NCBI GenBank assembly: GCA_902784095.1
Contig: CACZTK010000042.1
Span: 1 to 39,307 of the forward strand
Direction of reading: 5' to 3'
DNA length: 39,307 nt
Source of the DNA: an uncultured Erysipelotrichaceae bacterium
Lineage (GTDB): Bacteria > Bacillota_I > Bacilli_A > RF39 > UBA660
Below, one piece after another: positions 33,776 to 39,307 of this stretch. Both the position numbers and the translations under genes were made by a program. Every line of letters starts with the position of its first letter. Within the stretch, counting starts at the first letter, position 1. The notes under the pieces are model-generated. The model did not search any database. It was not told where the DNA came from and worked only from the letters and a program-made list of their open reading frames with translations.

Positions 33776-34384
33776 ATGGATAATTTAAGTGAAAAACAAA
33801 AAAATAGATATGCATTTATAGTTGCTATTATATTTATAATTATATTATTAATGACAGGAACAGTTTCTTGGTTAATAATAAAAGCTAATTCAAATAAGGT
33901 AAATGCAATTAAGGCAGGAGCATTAGATCTAAGAGTAGATGAATCTCCAACACAAGATGGTGATATACATATAGAACGTGCTATACCACAAAGTTATAGA
34001 CAAGGAATAACTAATAAACCATATAAGTTTACACTTATAAATAATTCAACAATTCCAACAAGTTATACAATCACTTTAGAAGATTTATATGAAGGTATTG
34101 ATGCTACTTTAACTGATAATGATAAAATTTCAGATAGTTTAATAAGATATATCTTAGTAAAAAATGATGATGAGATGATTGCAACAAATTCAAAATTATT
34201 ATCAACAGGAAGAATAATAGATTCTGGAACGATAGCAGGTAAAACAGGTAATCAATCAGTACAAATACCTTATACATTATATGTTTGGATAGACTCTCAT
34301 GCTGGAGATAATGCAACCGAGACTGATATCATGAGCAAAATATTTAATGCAAGACTAAAAATAAATGCAGAACAATATCATTAG
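33776..34384 (+). CDS. TasA/camelysin-like secreted protein (paralogue 4 of 4, short form)
   Basis: KQKNRYAFIVAIIFIIILLMTGTVSWL signal, AGALDLRVDE, YKFTLINNS..YTITLEDL, YTLYVWIDS, and FNARLKINAEQYH followed by stop. About 77% identical (122 of 158 by hand alignment) to the core of the 32552 protein. ATG 33776 was chosen because the leader AAGATAGGA-N8-ATG aligns with that of 32552. Confidence 0.7.
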   Translation: MDNLSEKQKNRYAFIVAIIFIIILLMTGTVSWLIIKANSNKVNAIKAGALDLRVDESPTQDGDIHIERAIPQSYRQGITNKPYKFTLINNSTIPTSYTITLEDLYEGIDATLTDNDKISDSLIRYILVKNDDEMIATNSKLLSTGRIIDSGTIAGKTGNQSVQIPYTLYVWIDSHAGDNATETDIMSKIFNARLKINAEQYH

Positions 34385-34397
34385 TATCAAATGAAAT

Positions 34398-34419
34398 AGC
34401 TACTATCGTAGCTTTTTTC
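34398..34419 (+). terminator. Rho-independent terminator
   Basis: AGCTAC / GTAGCT stem with a TATC loop, followed by TTTTTT. Confidence 0.7.
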
Positions 34420-34436
34420 TTTGAAAAAAAATAATC

Positions 34437-34465
34437 TTGTTCTCTATAAAAAATTATAGTATAAT
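34437..34465 (+). promoter_or_regulatory. Sigma-A promoter candidate for ftsA-ftsZ
   Basis: TTGTTC (34437-34442), 17-nt spacer, TATAAT (34460-34465). Confidence 0.55.
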
Positions 34466-34491
34466 AGTATTGTTAGGATTGGAGTGATGAT

Positions 34492-35730
34492 ATGAATAGT
34501 TATTATACTAGTGTTGAACTTGGTACTAATGATATCAAAATACTAGTTTGTAATAAAACAAAAAACAAATTTCATGTGATTGCTCAAGTATGTAGTCCAT
34601 CTGCTGGAATAAGTAAGGGAATAATTGTTGATACAAAACAAGCTATTAATTCTATTAAGAAGGCATTCAAGAAGATTAATGAAATGTTGCAAATGAAAAT
34701 CACAAAAGCAGTTGTTTGCATTCCAACTATTAATTGTAGGACTGATATCGTTATTGGTAGTTGTGATGTTATTGATTACCAAGAAATAACTGGTGATGAT
34801 GTTAGTAATGTTTTAAAAGACTCAGTAATTGGTCAGGTTGCAGAAGATGAAGAATTAATAACTGCTATTCCAATTAGTTTTAAAGTTGATGAAGAAGAAG
34901 GAATAAAAGATCCTAAAGGTATGGCAGGTAAGTCATTAGAAGCAAAAGTTTTAATTACTACTTCTCCAAAAGATTTAGTATATAAAATGTTAGAAGTATT
35001 AAAACTTAGTGGAGTAGAAGCAATTGATGTCTGCTATTCAGCAGTAGCAGATTATTATGCAGCAAAGAATAACAATTTAGATAAACAAGTTGGTTCAGTT
35101 ATAAATATTGGTGAAGATAAAACAACAATATCTGTTTATAATAAAGGTATAATGATAAAGAGTAAAGTTATTAATGTTGGAAGTAAAAATATTGATAATG
35201 ATTTAACATATATATTTAAGACATCTAGTGAAGAATCAAGAAGATTAAAAGAAAATTTTGTAATAGCAGATTCTAGGTATGCAGATGTTAATGAAATATG
35301 TGAGGCTACTTTAAAAACAGGAAAAATAAAATCATTTAATCAACTAGAATTGTCTAAAGTAGTAGAAGCAAGATGTGCTGAAATTTTAAAAATAGCAAAA
35401 AATGAGTTAAAAAACTTAACAAAAAGAGAAATAAGTTATATAATTATAACAGGTGGAGTAAGCGAACTAGCGGGATTTCAATATGTAGTAGAAGATATAT
35501 TGGGATTAAAAGGGCGTGTTTGTAATATTACTACCATGGGAATAAGACATAATAAATATAGCAGTGTCTATGGATTGGCAAAGTATTTTGATAGTAAATT
35601 GAAATTACGTGGCAAACATGTCAATATGTTAAATAATGAAGATATAGAGAATTTAATTACCATAAAACAAACTAAGGAAAATAATGATAATCTTATTAAT
35701 AAGGTAATCGGACATTTTTTTGAAAACTAA
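34492..35730 (+). CDS. ftsA: Cell division protein FtsA
   Basis: Actin/HSP70-fold ATPase pattern (VELGTNDIKILV, INIGEDKTTISVY, ITGGVSELAG), located immediately upstream of ftsZ. RBS GGAGTGA. Confidence 0.9.
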   Translation: MNSYYTSVELGTNDIKILVCNKTKNKFHVIAQVCSPSAGISKGIIVDTKQAINSIKKAFKKINEMLQMKITKAVVCIPTINCRTDIVIGSCDVIDYQEITGDDVSNVLKDSVIGQVAEDEELITAIPISFKVDEEEGIKDPKGMAGKSLEAKVLITTSPKDLVYKMLEVLKLSGVEAIDVCYSAVADYYAAKNNNLDKQVGSVINIGEDKTTISVYNKGIMIKSKVINVGSKNIDNDLTYIFKTSSEESRRLKENFVIADSRYADVNEICEATLKTGKIKSFNQLELSKVVEARCAEILKIAKNELKNLTKREISYIIITGGVSELAGFQYVVEDILGLKGRVCNITTMGIRHNKYSSVYGLAKYFDSKLKLRGKHVNMLNNEDIENLITIKQTKENNDNLINKVIGHFFEN

Positions 35731-35742
35731 GGAGGAACAGGT

Positions 35743-36882
35743 ATGATAGGTGGATTAGAGATGGATCAATTAGCTAAGATCAAAGTTATAGGTCTTGGTG
35801 GTGGTGGTAATAATGCCATCAATAGAATGGTTGAGTCAGGAGTAAAAGGAGTAGAATTCCTTGCTGCTAATACAGATTTACAAGTACTAAATACATCAAA
35901 AGCTGATGTAAAGATTCAAATAGGGGCAACATTAACTGATGGTCTTGGAGCAGGAGGTATGCCTGAAATTGGAAAAGAATCTGCTATTGAATCAAAGAAA
36001 GAAATAGAAGATGCCTTAACAGGTGCAGATATGGTATTTGTTACATGTGGAATGGGTGGAGGAACTGGAACAGGTTCTGCACCAGTAGTTGCTGAAATTG
36101 CTCAAGCTTTAGGAGCACTTACTATTGGTATAGTTACTAAACCATTCTCATTCGAAGGTAAAAAGAGAATGCAAAATGCTCTTGAAGGTATTGAAGAATT
36201 AAAGAAACATGTAGATACATTAATTGTAATTCCAAATGATAGATTAAGAGAAATCATTGATAAAACAACACCAATGTTAGAAGCATTCAAAGAAGTTGAT
36301 AATGTATTACGTCGTGGTGTTCAATCAATATCAGACTTAATTGCTGTAGTTGGACTTGTTAACCTTGACTTTGCAGATGTTAAAGCAGTCATGGAAAAGA
36401 GCGGACGCGCTATTATCGGTATTGGTATTGGTATGGGTGAAGATAGAGCTATTGAAGCTGCAAGACAAGCTGTTTCATCTCCACTTTTGGAAACATCAAT
36501 TGAGGGAGCAACAGATGCAATTATTAATATTACCGGTGGTGTTAACTTAACATTATTTGAAGCTGAACAAGCTGCAGAAGTTGTTAGAGCAGCAGCAAAT
36601 ACAGATATTAATACAATCTTTGGTTCTGTAATTAATGAAAACTTATCAGATGAAGTTATTGTAACTGTAATTGCAACAGGTTTTGATAAAGGAAAGAAAG
36701 AGATAGAAAATAATCAACCTGTTTACAGTAATGCAGCTCCACCAAGACGTGCAGCAAGACAAGAACCTGAATTATTATATCAACCAAAAGAAAGTGAAGT
36801 AATAACATCAAATAGTGATGATGATTCTTCAGATGATTCTGATTTCGAATTACCACCTTTCTTAAAAGATAGAAATTATTAA
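35743..36882 (+). CDS. ftsZ: Cell division GTPase FtsZ
   Basis: GLGGGGNNA, tubulin signature [11 protein letters not shown], the T7 loop region NLDFADV, and a C-terminal FtsA/ZapA-binding peptide [17 protein letters not shown] lies 7 nt upstream. Confidence 0.97.
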   Translation: MIGGLEMDQLAKIKVIGLGGGGNNAINRMVESGVKGVEFLAANTDLQVLNTSKADVKIQIGATLTDGLGAGGMPEIGKESAIESKKEIEDALTGADMVFVTCGMGGGTGTGSAPVVAEIAQALGALTIGIVTKPFSFEGKKRMQNALEGIEELKKHVDTLIVIPNDRLREIIDKTTPMLEAFKEVDNVLRRGVQSISDLIAVVGLVNLDFADVKAVMEKSGRAIIGIGIGMGEDRAIEAARQAVSSPLLETSIEGATDAIINITGGVNLTLFEAEQAAEVVRAAANTDINTIFGSVINENLSDEVIVTVIATGFDKGKKEIENNQPVYSNAAPPRRAARQEPELLYQPKESEVITSNSDDDSSDDSDFELPPFLKDRNY

Positions 36883-36890
36883 GAGTAAAG

Positions 36891-36918
36891 GAAGTCAATT
36901 TATATTGACTTTTTCTTT
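36891..36918 (+). terminator. Rho-independent terminator after ftsZ
   Basis: AAGTCAAT / ATTGACTT stem with a TTAT loop, followed by TTTTTC. Confidence 0.8.
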
Positions 36919-36967
36919 GCAACAAAACAAAACAATGATATAATTAATATAGTGAGGGAGTATCGAT

Positions 36968-39211
36968 ATGGCAAAGAGAAAAAGAAGAAGAGAAACTAAG
37001 AAAAAATTCGAACATTCTGCAGAATTATATGGTGTTTTATTTGTATTAATGGCTATATTAGGACTTGGTAAATATGGGATAATAGGAAGATTTATAACAT
37101 CTTTCTCAGTATTCTTATTTGGTTCTATCTACATGGTATTTTTAGTAGCAATATTTATAATTGGTTGTTACCTAGTTTTAAAAAGAGAATGGCCTGATTT
37201 TTTTTCAACAAAACTTTTAGGATTATATATACTTATATTAGGTATTTTAATACTAATGCATCAGGGATTTATTACACCTAAGAGTCAAAATGCAATGCAA
37301 ATATTCCAAACTACAATGAATCAATTAGTAGATAGTTTTAGTAGTATAATGACTACTGGTATAGTTGATGATTATAGTGCCATTGGTGGAGGTATAATAG
37401 GTGGAGTTTTTGCAATTCTATTTAATAGCTTATTCTCATATACCGGTATGCAAATAGTATCTTGGACTTTAGTAGGTTTAGGTTTTTGTTTATTAATTGG
37501 ATTCTCATTATTTGATATTCTAAAAGAAAAATGGGAAAATAGAACACCTAGAGAAAAGAAAATAAAAGAATCTAAAAATGATAAGGGTGTAATTATAAAA
37601 GATGGTACAGAAGATATTACAACAGAATTAAAAGATGAAGATAAACATATAAAAATTTCTAGTATTGAGGAGTTAACTAAGGTAGAACAAAACAATATAA
37701 ATGTAGAAACAAATAAAGATAGTAAGAATACTACAAATGTTGATTATAAATTACCAAGTATTGATTTATTAGAAAAGCCTAAGAAAAAGTCTAAATCAAC
37801 TGATCAAAGTATTATTGAAAAGAATATATTAACACTTGAAAAAGTATTAAGTGATTTTAAAATTACTGGTAAAGTAGTAGAAGTACATATAGGACCAAGT
37901 GTTGTTCAATATGAGTTAGAAATAGCTAGTGGTACTAGAGTCAATAAGATAACAAGTATTAATAGAGAAATATCTTTAGCTCTTGCTAAAAAAGATGTTA
38001 GAATTGAAGCTCCAATTCCTGGTAAGAATACAGTTGGTATTGAATTTGCAAATGATGATCCAACTCCAGTTAGTTTTTATGAAATAATTAATAGTAAACA
38101 AATGATGGGAGCAATGGATAAAAAATTAATGGTTCCACTTGGAAAAAGTATTATGGGTGATATTGGAGTATGTGAAATTAACAAAATGCCACATTTACTT
38201 ATTGCCGGTACTACGGGTAGTGGTAAATCAGTTTGTGTTAATGGAATAATATGTTCAATATTAATGCGTGCTAAACCTGATGAAGTTAAACTTGTAATGG
38301 TTGATCCAAAAGTAGTTGAATTATCTGTATATAATGGAATACCACATTTAATGTGTCCTGTTGTTACAGATCCAAAACAAGCATCAGTAGCATTAGCTAA
38401 AATGGTTGCTGAAATGGAAAGAAGATATCGCGTATTTAGCGATTCAAAAACAAAAAACATTGAAGGATACAATGAATATATTGAAAAAGAAAACAAAAAG
38501 ATCAGTGATCCTGAAATGAAAAAAGAAAAGATGCCATATATAGTTATAATAATTGATGAGTTAGCAGATCTTATGATGGTAGCAGCAAAAGAAGTAGAAG
38601 ATTCAATTTTAAGAATTACACAAAAAGCTCGTGCAGCAGGAATGCATTTAATAGTTGCTACTCAAAGACCATCAACTGAAGTTATTACAGGTCTAATTAA
38701 AGCAAATATTCCATCAAGAATCGCATTCTCAGTTGGATCTGGAATTGATTCAAGAACAATTCTTGATCAAACAGGTGCTGAAAACTTACTTGGTAAAGGT
38801 GATATGTTATTCTTACCAATAGGAATGAATTCTCCACTTCGTATTCAAGGTTCATTCATAACAGATAATGAAATAAAAAGACTTATTGATTATACAATGT
38901 CACAACAAGAAGCACAATACGATGATGTTATGATGAACTTAAATTCAGTAAATAGTGACAAGAGTGCATCACAAGTAGAAGATATGAACCAGCAAGAGGA
39001 ATATGATGATCCACTTTATAATGAAATAGTTGAATTTGTAATTAGTACTCAAAAAGCAAGTGCCTCACTATTACAAAGAAAATTTAAATTAGGTTATAAT
39101 AGAGCGGCTCGTATCGTTGATTTGTTAGAAGAACGTGGAATTATTGGTCCTGCAAACGGATCTAAGCCAAGAGAAGTATTAGTTCAATTAGATAGTAGTG
39201 ATGAAGAATAA
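36968..39211 (+). CDS. ftsK: DNA translocase FtsK/SpoIIIE
   Basis: Four to five N-terminal TM helices, a linker, a motor domain with Walker A GTTGSGKS and Walker B IIIDELADLM, ATQRPS, and a gamma winged-helix domain (LYNEIVEFV...ASASLLQRKFKLGYNRAARIVDLLEERGIIGP). Confidence 0.95.
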   Translation: MAKRKRRRETKKKFEHSAELYGVLFVLMAILGLGKYGIIGRFITSFSVFLFGSIYMVFLVAIFIIGCYLVLKREWPDFFSTKLLGLYILILGILILMHQGFITPKSQNAMQIFQTTMNQLVDSFSSIMTTGIVDDYSAIGGGIIGGVFAILFNSLFSYTGMQIVSWTLVGLGFCLLIGFSLFDILKEKWENRTPREKKIKESKNDKGVIIKDGTEDITTELKDEDKHIKISSIEELTKVEQNNINVETNKDSKNTTNVDYKLPSIDLLEKPKKKSKSTDQSIIEKNILTLEKVLSDFKITGKVVEVHIGPSVVQYELEIASGTRVNKITSINREISLALAKKDVRIEAPIPGKNTVGIEFANDDPTPVSFYEIINSKQMMGAMDKKLMVPLGKSIMGDIGVCEINKMPHLLIAGTTGSGKSVCVNGIICSILMRAKPDEVKLVMVDPKVVELSVYNGIPHLMCPVVTDPKQASVALAKMVAEMERRYRVFSDSKTKNIEGYNEYIEKENKKISDPEMKKEKMPYIVIIIDELADLMMVAAKEVEDSILRITQKARAAGMHLIVATQRPSTEVITGLIKANIPSRIAFSVGSGIDSRTILDQTGAENLLGKGDMLFLPIGMNSPLRIQGSFITDNEIKRLIDYTMSQQEAQYDDVMMNLNSVNSDKSASQVEDMNQQEEYDDPLYNEIVEFVISTQKASASLLQRKFKLGYNRAARIVDLLEERGIIGPANGSKPREVLVQLDSSDEE

Positions 39212-39268
39212 AGATGAATTAATGATGTGAACCCCGTTTAGTAGACATTATAAAAAAAGACAGTAATT

Positions 39269-39297
39269 AAAAAGAGAAAATTATTTTTCTCTTTTTG
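39269..39297 (+). terminator. Rho-independent terminator after ftsK
   Basis: AAAAAGAGAAAA / TTTTCTCTTTTT stem with a TTAT loop. The T-run is part of the 3' arm. Confidence 0.6.
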
Positions 39298-39307
39298 TGT
39301 AATTTTT

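Larger units (their letters stand above)
32536..34381 (+). repeat. Tandem gene duplication (units about 32536-33241 and 33759-34381)
   Basis: RBS region and about 580 nt of coding sequence are colinear, with long identical runs (for example ATACCACAAAGTTATAGACAAGGAATAAC and TTAGTAAAAAATGATGATGAGATGAT). Similarity ends exactly where unit 2 has its stop and unit 1 reads on. Confidence 0.85.

Noticed and set aside
1-39307. CRISPR arrays, tRNA/rRNA genes, complete IS elements or prophage modules
   Set aside because: No regularly spaced direct repeats were seen. No intergenic region is long enough or has the cloverleaf-like GC pattern expected for tRNAs. No transposase with terminal inverted repeats and no phage structural or integrase genes were seen.

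Overview
Very AT-rich (about 30% G+C in the stretches I hand-counted) chromosomal segment of a low-GC Gram-positive bacterium (Bacillota). An sspI homologue with a forespore-type promoter suggests a Clostridia/Erysipelotrichia-like spore-former. Nearly all genes are on the + strand and most are core housekeeping: dnaI, thrS behind a T-box leader, smc, a Wzz-modulator/BY-kinase/PHP-phosphatase triad, mraY, gpmA, a ZIP transporter (-), an SLT-like protein, a SEDS protein, two flavoproteins, galE, a FemAB-family transferase and ftsA-ftsZ-ftsK. I saw no tRNA, rRNA, CRISPR array or complete IS element. Five things stand out. (1) Two copies of an unclassified structured leader RNA (23191-23254 and 24115-24179) keep their helices through compensatory base changes. 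Each is fused to its own terminator. One controls an unknown ORF and the other an ABC-2 exporter / kinase / nucleosidase / GNAT / Tmk-like operon, so this is a candidate new riboswitch or attenuator regulon. (2) A four-member family of TasA/camelysin-like secreted proteins with SipW-type signal peptides has three members clustered between femAB and ftsA and one between dnaI and thrS. No signal peptidase gene is in view. (3) One of these proteins carries a cysteine-hairpin C-terminal extension whose last ~46 codons and 3' flank jump to about 60% G+C with foreign codon usage. (4) A ClpX-like unfoldase keeps the pore and IGF loops but replaces the zinc-binding domain with a ~350-aa novel N-terminus. 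(5) An RNB-family nuclease with an unrecognised N-terminal half lies in the dnaI-thrS interval. All functional calls come from reading motifs in the supplied translations. No database search was possible.
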